From NCBI GenBank assembly GCA_002269645.1, contig NIVC01001834.1, forward strand, positions 168,432 to 232,431: a stretch of 64,000 nt of DNA, written 5' to 3'. The notes under the pieces were generated by a model. That model was not told the origin of the DNA. It saw only the letters and a list, made by a program, of their open reading frames with translations, and made no database searches. Both the position numbers and the translations under genes were made by a program. Source of the DNA: Macrostomum lignano (taxonomy: Eukaryota). Positions 1 through 13,500 of the stretch are shown in pieces (the first letter of the stretch is position 1; every line of letters starts with the position of its first letter).

Positions 1-1457
1 AAAAACTACGTCGCATTTTTGTTAAAACTAAGTCGCACGGCTGACCGAATTTTGGAGGTTGCACATGTATGTTGCTATACATACATGTGCAACAGTTAGC
101 CGAGTCGGCCGATCCGGCTGACCGATTTGGTGGCCAACCAAGGAAGTCGCAAAAATGCCCACCCGAAAAAACCCAAGTAGTAGTACTAAGTAGCTGATGA
201 GACATTTTTGCCTTATAAGACAGTCATAGTTACTCCTGCCGTTTACCCAAATTGCGTTAATTTTGCTTTAGGGTTTTTTTACATGTAAGTTGCATTTTTG
301 GCCAAAAACTATGTCACATTTTTGTTAAAACTAAGTCGCATGGCCGACTGAATTTCGGAGGTTGCGCATGTATGTTGCTATAGCATTAGCATATTGCTAT
401 AGCAAATTGAAATGCATAACAAAAATATATCATAGAATGGTCAAGCATATTATCTATTTAGATTCTAGATTAGGTTTTCTACATTTACTCTATTAGAAAA
501 GTATATTAACTAACCTTTTCAACCTTATAATACTTGATACAAGGCCCCATTTCCAAGTCTTATATAAATGTCAAAAAAAATTCTAGTATACAATGGATGT
601 AAAAAAAGGATTGGCATAAAATATTTGGTAAACAGAACAATTTGCTAGAAAATTATGCCATATAGCCAATATATAGCATAGTTGGCATACAAAAACCAAA
701 GTTTTGTAATGCAAAAAAGGTCCTAGTGTTCAATGCAATAAAGGTTGGTATAAGTTTGATGAATACATCACGAGTAAATTTTTTTATATAAACTTGAAAT
801 TATAATAAAGGGAATCATTTTTAGCATACAGAGTATGGATACAGGGCAAGGTTAAACATTACAACATTCATAATGTTTGTTCCTTATTTCCTTTTTGAGC
901 TTGTTTTAAAACAAGTTGTTCTTTTTTTCCATAGGCCTAAGCCTAAGTGTAAAATTATAAAAAAATCATCTTTTTGTTTTTGTCTTAAGCATTTGTTATT
1001 ACAGTGCTTTTTTACATATAAAAACATATATTGTATAATAGAAAAGCAGAACTATGTTTTATATATTGATGTCCATTATATTTTTGCTTTTATAATATGC
1101 TTGCTATAATGAATTTGTGTTTTATATTGACTTCAGTTCATAGATAGAGTAGCCCACCTATCCATTCATACATGCGCAACCTCCAAAATTTGGTCAGCTA
1201 TGTGACTTAGTTTTAACAAAAAATGTGATAGTTTTTGGCCAAAATGTGACTTACATCTTACATGTAAAAGAAACCCCAAAGCAAAATTAATGCAACTTTG
1301 GGTAAATGACAGGAGTAACTATGACTATCTTATTAAGGCAAAATGCCTCATTATCTACTTAGTACTACTTGGGTATTTATTTGGGTGGGCATTTTTGTGA
1401 CTTATTTTGGTTGGCTAGATTGGCTGACTTGGCCAACTGTTGTGCATGTATGTATCC
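1..1457. repeat. ~303-bp unit (1-79 recurs at ~304-381) plus an inverted diverged copy (76-373 vs 1167-1457)
   Basis: GTTAAAACTAAGTCGCA...GGAGGTTGC.CATGTATG occurs at ~21-71 and ~323-373. Segment 1167-1457 reads as the reverse complement of 76-373 with scattered mismatches (e.g. AAAAATGCCCACCC, GTAGTACTAAGTAG, GTCATAGTTACTCCTG). Confidence 0.8.
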
Positions 1458-2405
1458 ATTTGTTTGCTTTGTTATATTAATAAATTGTTTTTTGCAATCA
1501 ATGTTGACAAAATCAACATGCTGCCATAAGTATTGCATTATGTATATAAAAGTTATATATATACACACTTATGCAAATACAAGTCAATTCATTATCAGTT
1601 TAGCTATGCACTTCAACTTTAATGCTAGACTCTAGAAGGTCTCTAAATGATCCCCTTCAAAGTTGGCACACTGATTTTGGCTTATAAATTCATGCCAATT
1701 TTTTGGTAAACAAGTTAAAGAAAATTAATGTAAATACATTGTTTCTATAAAACAAAGGAAAATTAATATACTTTAGAAAGTTGAAAATAAACTTTTAGCT
1801 TTTTTACAATTAATATTTAATAAAATGATTGCTAAAAACTTTTATAATTTTTTTTTGTTTAAAGTAAATTAATGAAAATAATTATAATATTTAAAAAAGA
1901 TTTTTCTTACAAAAACCATTCTTGAAAAACTCAACTTATAAAAACCAAATAACTTTTTAGGAGAAATTAGGAGTTGGCTTAGGAGTTGCTTGATTTATTG
2001 AGATTTTCCATTTTTGCATACATTGGCACATTTAGCTAAGATAGGATTCTTGTTCCAGTGTATACTATTTACACAATGTGGACCCTGGCTTCACTGTGCT
2101 TTTCTACTTTATGATCAGTTGCCATTTTCTGATGCGTTGGTACACAACTTTAGACATATGATACTATACTTGTGGCACAAAGTTATGTTAAAATTTTGTC
2201 AACATTGGTGGTTTTGAATGACAAAAGTTATTAATGCTATGAATCAGGTGTATCATATGGGCCACTCTGTCTATTAGAGATATTGGCCATTTGTATATGC
2301 TTTAATATTAGAACATAGTTATCGTCAGGAGCATTTATTATAATTGGCTGCAATGTGACTATAAAGTATTGTGAGCCACAAAAAAGGGCCGTTTTACACT
2401 AGAAT

Positions 2406-4173
2406 ATGCTATATTGTGCAAAATTGCTGGACACCACCCAGTCAGGCTCCCGAAGCCATCGCCACCCGAGGCATCACCGCCATCACCGCGGCAAACTGCC
2501 CGAGCCGTCCGCCCACCAGCAACAGACGCGCCAGACCTATCAGTGTCTGTATTGTAAAAACGATTTCAAACGTTCGGGCAGCGCCGCGGACGTGAAATGC
2601 GCCAAATGCCAGCAGCAGGAACGGCAGCACGGCGAGCCGCGCCATTGTCCAACCTGTCGGCTAAAAATGCTATGGAAAGGCGACGAATGCGTTCGCTGTT
2701 TTCACTATAGGGGCAAGTTTGGCCAGCCAGTTGTGTGCCAGATGTGCCAGCAGAAGTGCGCCTTTGTTAAAGACGCGCAGAGTCGGTCAAAGGTTGACAA
2801 TCAGACACTGTGCTGGCTATGCACCTATTCTTATAAGAAGCGGCGTAGGCGACTTGAGAAAGATGACGCCAGGGTGGAGTCGCAGGAGGATATTGACTAC
2901 CTGTTGGAAAAGAAGGTGAGGCCCTGAATTCTGGCATTCTGACTTGCTCTTTTATTGAATTTTTCTTTTCCTTAACTTGCTCTCCCATTTATCCTACTGT
3001 TGCTATCCCATTTATCCCACTGAATATCCCATTCATCCTACTGTTGCTATCCCCATTTATCCCACTGTTGCTATCCCATTTATCCGATTGTTGCTATCCC
3101 ATTTATCCTACTGTTGCTATCTCATTAATTCAACTAAATATCCCATTTATCTCACTGGCTATCCCAATTATCCCATTGTTGCTATTCATTGTTGCTATCC
3201 CATTTATCCCACTAGTGCTACTGCTAAATAATACTACTATTATGCTACTTACTAAAGAAATATTACTATTAGTACCTAAATATTCTTGCTGGTATTCTAT
3301 CTAATCCAATCAAATTGCGTCATCCCATTTATCCCTAAATCCCAGGTGAGCGCGCCGAGAACCTCACTCCAGCAACAACAGCAGCAGCAGCAATTTCCTC
3401 AGCCGACCCCGCCGCCCCCTCAACTTCTGTCGCCCGCCACAGCGACAAGCGGATCTGCGGCCACTCCAATGTCGGCTACCGCCGCCGCCGCTGCCGCAGC
3501 CGCAGCGGCCAAAGCGGCAGCCACGGCCGCCCTGATTGGCCAGCAGCCCGAGCAGCAGCAGCAGCTCCAGGAGGAGGCCAGGCGGCTTCGCCGACTACTT
3601 GGCGAGCGCGACTCGCAGCTGGCCGAACGCGACCGGCAGATCATGGAGCTTCGAGCCGACCTCCGGCGGCGCACCGAGGAGCTCAGCCGAAGCATGGAGC
3701 AGCAGCAGAGAGCCGCTCAGGCCGAGGCTGATCAGCTGCGCGCGCAGATTGTTGACCTGCGAAAGCAGACAGTCCGCCTGGAGAAGGCCGCCGCCACGGC
3801 TAAACGGAAGCGGAAAGCGCCAGCTGTGTCGGCCGCTTCGACAGCCAATTCAACTGTTGGCTCCAGCGCGGCTGCCGCCTCTGTCGCCGCTGCTGACGAC
3901 GACGGAGTCGGCGACGTAGACGAAGACGCCACCACGGCGAGCCTGTTCAATCCGAGTCACGTGCTCCGCCGGGTGTCCTCTCGGCCAGACATGATGGCCA
4001 ATGCCGACAGCGCCTCGGGGCCGCCTCCTGCTAAACTCGCCGCTCTGTCTGTTGCTGAAGGCGCATCATCATCCGCCGCCGCCGCCGCTGCCACCGACGA
4101 GGACTCGAAGGAGCCGGCTGAGATTGGCACCGCTAAGGCCAGCGCAGATAGTGGTTCGAGCGATTCAAACTAA
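2406..4173 (+). CDS. FAM76: FAM76-family protein (Cys-rich N-terminal region plus C-terminal coiled coil); exons 2406-2915 and 3346-4173, ~445 aa; true start uncertain
   Basis: CLYCK..CAKC..CPTC..CVRC..CQMCQQKCAF..KVDNQTLCWLCTYSYK matches the FAM76 pattern (CEQCKQQCAF..KVDGKLLCWLCTLSYK). RDRQIMELRADL matches the FAM76 coiled coil. Phase-0 intron 2916-3345 (GTGAG..CCCAG) joins the two ORFs in frame. Confidence 0.85.
2983..3215. repeat. Degenerate ~23-bp minisatellite (ATCCCATTTATCCTACTGTTGCT) in the FAM76 intron
   Basis: About 9 imperfect head-to-tail copies read directly. Confidence 0.85.
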
Positions 4174-4289
4174 CTTCTGTGTGTTCTGTTTGGTTTGGTT
4201 TTAATGTTGTTAGATGATGAAGCTTTGACTGTATTGTTGACTGATGGATTCGTTGTGGTTAATAATAATTCGGTAGGTTAGTGATTGGT

Positions 4290-5475
4290 TGATTTAATTG
4301 TGGCGGATTGGTTGATTGATTGATTGATTGATTATGGCTGACGGATTGATTTAATTGTGGCGGATTTGTTGATCGCGGCTGATTGATTGATTGATTGAAT
4401 GTGGCTGATTGATTGGTTGTGGCTGATTGATTGATTGGTTGTGGCTGATTGATTGGTTGTGGCTGATTGATTGGTTGTGGCTGATTGATTGGTTGTGGCT
4501 GATTGATTGATTGTGGCTGATTGATTGATTGGTTGTGGCTGATTGATTGATTGGTTGTGGCTGATTGATTGGTTGTGGCTGATTGATTGGTTGTGGCTGA
4601 TTGATTGATTGGTTGTGGCTGATTGATTGATTGGTTGTGGCTGATTGATTGATTGGTTATGTCTGAGTGATTGATTGGTTGTGGCTGATTGATTGATTGG
4701 TTGTGGCTGATTGATTGATTGGTTGTGGCTGATTGATTGATTGGTTGTGGCTGATTGATTGGTTGTGGCTGATTGGTTGATTGGTTGTGGCTGATTGATT
4801 GATTGTGGCTGATTGGTTGGTTTATTTGATTGATTGGTTGTGGCTGATTGCTTGATGGTGGCTGATTGGTTGGTTTATTTGATTGATTGGTTGTGGCTGA
4901 TTGCTTGATGGTGGCTGATTGGTTGGTTGGTTGTGGCTGATTGATTGATTGGTTGTGGCTGATTGCTTGATGGTGGCTGATTGGTTGGTTTATTTGATTG
5001 ATTGGTTGTGGCTGATTGGTTGGTTTATTTGATTGATTGGTTGTGGCTGATTGCTTGATGGTGGCTGATTGGTTGGTTTGTTTGATTGATTGGTTGTGGC
5101 TGATTGCTTGATGGTGGCTGATTGGTTGGTTTATTTGATTGATTGGTTGTGGCTGATTGCTTGATGGTGGCTGATTGGTTGGTTTGTTTGATTGATTGGT
5201 TGTGGCTGATTGCTTGATGGTGGCTGATTGGTTGGTTTATTTGATTGATTGGTTGTGGCTGATTGCTTGATGGTGGCTGATTGGTTGGTTTATTTGATTG
5301 ATTGGTTGTGGCTGATTGCTTGATGGTGGCTGATTGGTTGGTTTATTTGATTGATTGGTTGTGGCTGATTGCTTGATGGTGGCTGATTGGTTGGTTTATT
5401 TGATTGATTGGTTGTGGCTGATTGGTTGGTTTATTTGATTGATTGATGGTGGCTGATTGATTGATTGGTTTGATT
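4290..5475. repeat. GATT/GGTT-rich minisatellite (GATTGATTGGTTGTGGCT core, longer ~58-bp higher-order unit in the right half)
   Basis: Continuous tandem copies starting ~120 bp after the FAM76 stop codon. Confidence 0.95.
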
Positions 5476-6425
5476 GATTGACTAAACAGTTTGATTAGTT
5501 ATATCATCGATGTTGTTGGTTTGTTTGCAGTTGTTAGTGTAACTACCGGTATATTAGCAACATTTATAAAACTTGTTTCTTTTGCACTGCAAACGCGTAT
5601 GCTATCAGTTTGCTATCAATAAATTATTTGCTTATAATATTGCTTGACACTATAAATTATTTTCTGTCCTTCCGCTGTTTACCGTTTCTTATACTACTGG
5701 TAGTAACTGTTCTGTCACTTATGTTAGTAATTGCTACATATATATGTATACATACTTGATTAGCAAGCATTAGAAAGGCAGCTAACTGAGACCTTACTTA
5801 TCCTATCTAACCTGGCTAATTTTGCTGAATATTCCCATTAAAATGTCAGTTATACAATTGTCTATTTATTCAACTGTATACTGTAGTTGCTAAATGTAAT
5901 AAAATTGATTGCTTGTCTCAGCTGTCTGTTTATAGTTTAATGGAACAATTGGCCAACATCCTAGTGTGTACATCTTATAATTTTTTTACTCACCTTGCGT
6001 TTCTATTCTGTTGTTGAATAGGGAAAAAATTGTTTTATGAAAATTAATTTAATATTTTGCTTTTTCGCTGAACTATTACTTACAGTAGTGCGTGCTATTT
6101 AAAAATCTAAAATTAATTTATAAATTATGAATTAAGTTGTGCGAGGAATTCGCTATTATAAGTTTTTATTAATTATTGTATTCTGTATTAATTTTGGCTA
6201 ATAAAATCCTTATGAAATAATTTCATGATAAATTTGAATTTATTTATGAATAGACAAAACAAGAAGTACCCGTGCATAACGTCAAACTAAATTATGAATT
6301 GTAGAAGTAAAATAATATCTGCCATCTAGGTGTCAATCTGGTTTTGCTTGTTTCTATTTTGCTTGATTGGCTGCTTTTTCCATAGATGGTAAGATAGATA
6401 CAAGCGTATATTCTCAGCTGCTTAG

Positions 6426-9400
6426 GTATCCCAGTTATTCAGGTAGCTACTCAGAAATCCCAGTTATTCAGGTAGCTACTCAGAAATCCCAGTTATTCAG
6501 GTAGCTACTCAAAATCCCAGTTATTCAGGTAGCTACTCAGAAATCCCAGTTATTCAGGTAGCTACTCAAAATCCCAGTTATTCAGGTAGCTACTCAGAAA
6601 TCCCAGTTATTCAGGTAGCTACTCAGAAATCCCAGTTATTCAGGTAGCTACTCAAAATCCCAGTTATTCAGGTAGCTACTCAGAAATCCCAGTTATTCAG
6701 GTAGCTACTCAGAAATCCCAGTTATTCAGGTAGCTACTCAAATCCCAGTTATTCAGGTAGCTACTCAGGAATCCCAGTTATTCAGGTAGCTACTCAGAAA
6801 TCCCAGTTATTCAGGTAGCTACTCAGAAATCCCAGTTATTCAGGTAGCTACTCAGAAATCCCAGTTATTCAGGTAGCTACTCAAAATCCCAGTTATTCAG
6901 GTAGCTACTCAGAAATCCCAGTTATTCAGGTAGCTACTCAGAAATCCCAGTTATTCAGGTAGCTACTCAGAAATCCCAGTTATTCAGGTAGCTACTCAAA
7001 ATCCCAGTTATTCAGGTAGCTACTCAGAAATCCCAGTTATTCAGGTAGCTACTCAGAAATCCCAGTTATTGAGGTAGCTACTCAGAAATCCCAGTTATTC
7101 AGGTAGCTACTCAGAAATCCCAGTTATTCAGGTAGCTACTCAGAAATCCCAGTTATTCAGGTAGCTACTCAGAAATCCCAGTTATTCAGGTAGCTACTCA
7201 GAAATCCCAGTTATTCAGGTAGCTACTCAGAAATCCCAGTTATTCAGGTAGCTACTCAGAAATCCCAGTTATTCAGGTAGCTACTCAGAAATCCCAGTTA
7301 TTCAGGTAGCTACTCAGGAATCCCAGTTATTCAGGTAGCTACTCAGAAATCCCAGTTATTCAGGTAGCTACTCAGAAATCCCAGTTATTCAGGTAGCTAC
7401 TCAAAATCCCAGTTATTCAGGTAGCTACTCAGAAATCCCAGTTATTCAGGTAGCTACTCAGAAATCCCAGTTATTGAGGTAGCTACTCAGAAATCCCAGT
7501 TATTCAGGTAGCTACTCAGAAATCCCAGTTATTCAGGTAGCTACTCAGAAATCCCAGTTATTCAGGTAGCTACTCAGAAATCCCAGTTATTCAGGTAGCT
7601 ACTCAGAAATCCCAGTTATTCAGGTAGCTACTCAGAAATCCCAGTTATTCAGGTAGCTACTCAGAAATCCCAGTTATTCAGGTAGCTACTCAGAAATCCC
7701 AGTTATTCAGGTAGCTACTCAGGAATCCCAGTTATTCAGGTAGCTACTCAGAAATCCCAGTTATTCAGGTAGCTACTCAGAAATCCCAGTTATTCAGGTA
7801 GCTACTCAAAATCCCAGTTATTCAGGTAGCTACTCAGAAATCCCAGTTATTCAGGTAGCTACTCAGGAATCCCAGTTATTCAGGTAGCTACTCAGAAATC
7901 CCACTTATTCAGGTAGCTACTCAGAAATCCCAGTTATTCAGGTAGCTACTCAGAAATCCCAGTTATTCAGGTAGCTACTCAGGAATCCCAGTTATTCAGG
8001 TAGCTACTCAGAAATCCCAGTTATTCAGGTAGCTACTCAGAAATCCCAGTTATTCAGGTAGCTACTCAGAAATCCCAGTTATTCAGGTAGCTACTCAGAA
8101 ATCCCAGTTATTCAGGTAGCTACTCAGAAATCCCAGTTATTCAGGTAGCTACTCAGAAATCCCAGTTATTCAGGTAGCTACTCAGAAATCCCAGTTATTC
8201 AGGTAGCTACTCAGAAATCCCAGTTATTCAGGTAGCTACTCAGAAATCCCAGTTATTGAGGTAGCTACTCAGAAATCCCAGTTATTCAGGTAGCTACTCA
8301 GAAATCCCAGTTATTCAGGTAGCTACTCAGAAATCCCAGTTATTCAGGTAGCTACTCAAATCCCAGTTATTCAGGTAGCTACTCAGAAATCCCAGTTATT
8401 CAGGTAGCTACTCAGAAATCCCACTTATTCAGGTAGCTACTCAGGAATCCCAGTTATTCAGGTAGCTACTCAGAAATCCCAGTTATTCAGGTAGCTACTC
8501 AGAAATCCGAGTTATTCAGGTAGCTACTCAGAAATCCCAGTTATTCAGGTAGCTACTCAGAAATCCCAGTTATTCAGGTAGCTACTCAGAAATCCCAGTT
8601 ATTCAGGTAGCTACTCAGGAATCCCAGTTATTCAGGTAGCTACTCAGAAATCCCAGTTATTCAGGTAGCTACTCAGAAATCCCAGTTATTCAGGTAGCTA
8701 CTCAGGAATCCCAGTTATTCAGGTAGCTACTCAGGAATCCCAGTTATTCAGGTAGCTACTCAGAAATCCCAGTTATTCAGGTAGCTACTCAAAATCCCAG
8801 TTATTCAGGTAGCTACTCAGAAATCCCAGTTATTCAGGTAGCTACTCAGGAATCCCAGTTATTCAGGTAGCTACTCAGAAATCCCAGTTATTCAGGTAGC
8901 TACTCAGAAATCCCAGTTATTCAGGTAGCTACTCAGAAATCCCAGTTATTCAGGTAGCTACTCAGGAATCCCAGTTATTCAGGTAGCTACTCAGAAATCC
9001 CAGTTATTCAGGTAGCTACTCAGAAATCCCAGTTATTCAGGTAGCTACTCAGAAATCCCAGTTATTCAGGTAGCTACTCAGAAATCCGAGTTATTCAGGT
9101 AGCTACTCAGAAATCCCAGTTATTCAGGTAGCTACTCAGGAATCCCAGTTATTCAGGTAGCTACTCAGAAATCCCAGTTATTCAGGTAGCTACTCAGAAA
9201 TCCCAGTTATTCAGGTAGCTACTCAGAAATCCCAGTTATTCAGGTACCTACTCAGGAATCCCAGTTATTCAGGTAGCTACTCAGAAATCCCAGTTATTCA
9301 GGTAGCTACTCAGAAATCCCAGTTATTCAGGTAGCTACTCAGAAATCCCAATTATGCAGGTAGCTACTCAAATCCCAGTTATTCAGGTACCTACTCAAAT

Positions 9401-10475
9401 CCCAATTATGCAGGTAGCTACTCAAATCCCAATTATGCAGGTAGCTACTCAAATCCCAATTATGCAGGTAGCTACTCAAATCCCAGTTATTCAGGTACCT
9501 ACTCAAATCCCAGTTATTCAGGTACCTACTCAAATCCCAATTATGCAGGTAGCTACTCAAATCCCAATTATGCAGGTAGCTACTCAAATCCCAATTATGC
9601 AGGTAGCTACTCAAATCCCAATTATGCAGGTAGCTACTCAAATCCCAATTATGCAGGTAGCTACTCAAATCCCAATTATGCAGGTAGCTACTCAAATCCC
9701 AATTATGCAGGTAGCTACTCAAATCCCAATTATGCAGGTAGCTACTCAAATCCCAATTATGCAGGTAGCTACTCAAATCCCAATTATGCAGGTAGCTACT
9801 CAAATCCCAATTATGCAGGTAGCTACTCAAATCCCAATTATGCAGGTAGCTACTCAAATCCCAATTATGCAGGTAGCTACTCAAATCCCAATTATGCAGG
9901 TAGCTACTCAAATCCCAATTATGCAGGTAGCTACTCAAATCCCAATTATGCAGGTAGCTACTCAAATCCCAATTATGCAGGTAGCTACTCAAATCCCAAT
10001 TATGCAGGTAGCTACTCAAATCCCAATTATGCAGGTAGCTACTCAAATCCCAATTATGCAGGTAGCTACTCAAATCCCAATTATGCAGGTAGCTACTCAA
10101 ATCCCAATTATGCAGGTAGCTACTCAAATCCCAATTATGCAGGTAGCTACTCAAATCCCAATTATGCAGGTAGCTACTCAAATCCCAATTATGCAGGTAG
10201 CTACTCAAATCCCAATTATGCAGGTAGCTACTCAAATCCCAATTATGCAGGTAGCTACTCAAATCCCAATTATGCAGGTAGCTACTCAAATCCCAATTAT
10301 GCAGGTTGCTACTCAAATCCCAATTATGCAGGTTGCTACTCAAATCCCAATTATGCAGGTACCTACTCAAATCCAAATTATGCAGGTAGCTACTCAAATC
10401 CCAATTATGCAGGTAGCTACTCAAATCCCAATTATGCAGGTTGCTACTCAAATCCCAGTTATTCAGGTACCTACT
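6426..10475. repeat. 4-kb satellite: ~100 copies of 29-bp ATCCCAGTTATTCAGGTAGCTACTCAGAA followed by ~42 copies of 27-bp ATCCCAATTATGCAGGTAGCTACTCAA
   Basis: Read directly; the unit changes at ~9345. Confidence 0.97.
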
Positions 10476-10551
10476 CGGAAGATCCTATTTGTCAGGTAGC
10501 CACCCTAAAGCTCCAGTTAGTCAGGCAGACTCACTCAATGTGTTATAATGC

Positions 10552-13500
10552 ATGTACCGTGCCAACTCGTCAGTGAAACTAGCGGTCCTTGGCGCCGCCT
10601 CGGCCAGCGGCAGTCGCGGCATCCATGTCTCGGCCGCCCTGTGCCGCATACCGCACTTTCACAGGAAGCGGTACCGGCGCACCCTGGTGCCGCCCTACCA
10701 TCAGGCCCGGTACGCCGATGAAGATCTGACGGCTAGCGAGGAGCCGCCTCTGCCCTTGGATGGCAGTCTGTTCACTACTAGGCCATCTCCTGAGCAGGAG
10801 AGGCGCGAGTCTATGCTCAAACAGAGATCTATCTACGGCAAATTGAACGAACTAAATGAAACTGAATCGAATATGTGGTATCGGAAACTCAATATGCCAT
10901 TAGAGCATCCCTGCTGTTTACCTTTAGCTCAGGTGATTGGCGTGATTTGGGTTTTTATATTTGAATTTCATTGTTTCACTTTATATCTAGCGCCATTGTC
11001 TCTTTAAGATCTGGCGCCATTGTCTCTTTATGATCTGGCGCCATTGTCTCTAAGCATCTGGCGCCATTGTCTCTAAGCATCTGGCGCCATTGTCTCTAAG
11101 CATCTGGCGCCATTGTCTCTAAGCATCTGGCGCCATTGTCTCTAAGCATCTGGCGCCATTGTCTCTAAGCATCTGGCGCCATTGTCTCTAAGCATCTGGC
11201 GCCATTGTCTCTTTAAGATCTGGCGCCATTGTCTCTTTAAGATCTGGCACCATTGTCTCTTTATGATCTGGTGCCATTGTCTCTTTATGATCTGGCGCCA
11301 TTGTCTCTTTATGATCTGGCGCCATTGTCTCTAAGCATCTGGCGCCATTGTCTCTAAGCATCTGGCGCCATTGTCTCTAAGCATCTGGCGCCATTGTCTC
11401 TTTAAGATCTGGCGCCATTGTCTTTTTATGATCTGGCGCCATTGTCTCTTTAAGATCTGGCGCCATTGTCTTTTTATGATCTGGCGCCATTGTCTCTTTA
11501 TGATCTGGTGCCATTGTCTCTTTATGATCTGGCGCCATTGTCTCTTTATGATCTGGCGCCATTGTCTCTTTATGATCTGGCGCCATTGTCTCTTTATGAT
11601 CTGGCGCCATTGTCTCTAAGCATCTGGCGCCATTGTCTATAAGCCAGGCATTAAAGAGTCAGTTAGGCTAGCATCCAATACCAGGTATTCCAGGTAGGCC
11701 AACATGACTATTGTGCTAATTTATCCCCTTGCTCAGGCCATCTGCAACGCCAACATCGATCCCTGGCTGATCCCATCAGCCCCAAAAGTTCCCGAATCGG
11801 CGCCATCGTCGACGTCGCCGCCGGGAACGAAGATCGACAGCGAAGAGGCCGATAAAGGCGACGTCGGGTTGACACCGACTTCAGCAGTTTCGGCGCCTCC
11901 CATTGTCGTGGCGTCGCCGACCTCTCGCCTATCCCTGGATCAGCGGTCCAGCTTGATCTCTCTCGCAATCGAAGCCGTCCGCGCCGTGGAAGCCCAGCAC
12001 CGCTGGCCGGAACAGCCGGGGCCTCGGCTCCAGGCGCGGGTGCAGCAGCGTCGAATCTGCGCCGTCATGGAGGCCCTGCTAATCGGCTGCGCTCGAACTG
12101 GCGCGCTAACCGCGCCAGATGATCTGCAAGCGGACGAGTCGCCGTTTGTGCAGATGTTTGCCAGGTAGCTCTGAGATTCACACCGTGTGGTGTCAATGGG
12201 AAATTATCCCCACACCGTGTGATGCCAATGGGAAATTATCCCCACACCGTGTGATGCCAATGGGAAATTATCCCCACACCGTGTGATGTCAATGGGAAAT
12301 TATCCCCACACCGTGTGATGTCAATGGGAAATTATCCCCACACCGTGTGATGTCAATGGGAAATTATCCCCACACCGTGTGATGTCAATGGGAAATTATC
12401 CCCACACCGTGTGATGTCAATGGGAAATTATCCCCACACCGTGTGATGTCATTGGGAAATTATCCCCACACCGTGTGATGTCAATGGGAAATTAGCCCCA
12501 CACCGTGTGATGCCAATGGGAAATTATCCCCAAACCGTGTGATGCCAATGGGAAATTATCCCCAAACCGTGTGATGCCAATGGGAAATTATCCCCAAACC
12601 GTGTGTTGTCAATGGGAAATCATCCCCACACGCTCGCCAGCACTCCTGCCAACCTGAACCCCCTTCCCCCAGGTACTCCGGCCTGCACCCATCAGCCAGC
12701 AAGCGGCTGCTGCTGCCGGACCTGGCCTCCATGCGCACCGGCCGATTTCTTATCCGCGCCCCGCTGGCCTGGCAACTGCGCTCTCGGACGCCGCTCAGTC
12801 CTCTGGCTTCATCTCTCAGCGTGCGGCCGCCGCCGCCAGCCTGGCCCTACAATCCCGACCTGCTGGGCCTGACACCCGAGCAGGACTATTGGTGCTTTGG
12901 CGAGATTGCCAAATTTTTGCTCAAACGCCACGGAGATAAAGTGTTGCGAGCGGTGCCCGGTCACGTGACTGACGATGCCAGACTGCCGGGCGATCCGTGT
13001 GAGTTCGGCTTGCTGCTGGCTATTAACGGCGACGATCCGGGTGGGGTGGACAGGCAGCCGGACCAGTCGCCGCCTGTCGATTTTCAACGACCTGAGTTTT
13101 GGTGAGCGATTGAATTTAGTGGGGGACTATGTTGCCCAAAAAAATTGGAAGCTTTTTCTGTTTCCTAGAAAATTTAAAAGCTCGGGTTTTCGTTTCTTAG
13201 AAACCTTAAAGCTGCTCTACTTTTTATTTCTAGTGCTCCTTGATTGCTACTTACATCAGTAGAAAACAACGCATTTTATTTTATTTTATATACCAACCTA
13301 AATCTGCAGGCCCGCGCTCACCTGTGACGCCCTGCTGAGGCTGTACGCGTCCACCGCTGCTCAAGCCTTCCATCGCGGCTTCAACTGGGTGACGGACTTG
13401 CGCCTCGGCGACCGTCCATTCGTCACCATGTCTGGCAGCTTCGTTGGCGACTATTTGAAACTGTCGGCCTTCCAGTTGGCCACAGTGGCCGGTGGAGGCG

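Noticed and set aside
9339-10499. Long ORFs (HNWDLSSYL)n and (QVATQIPIM)n
   Set aside because: They are by-products of a stop-free 27-bp unit on both strands and end where the unit changes.
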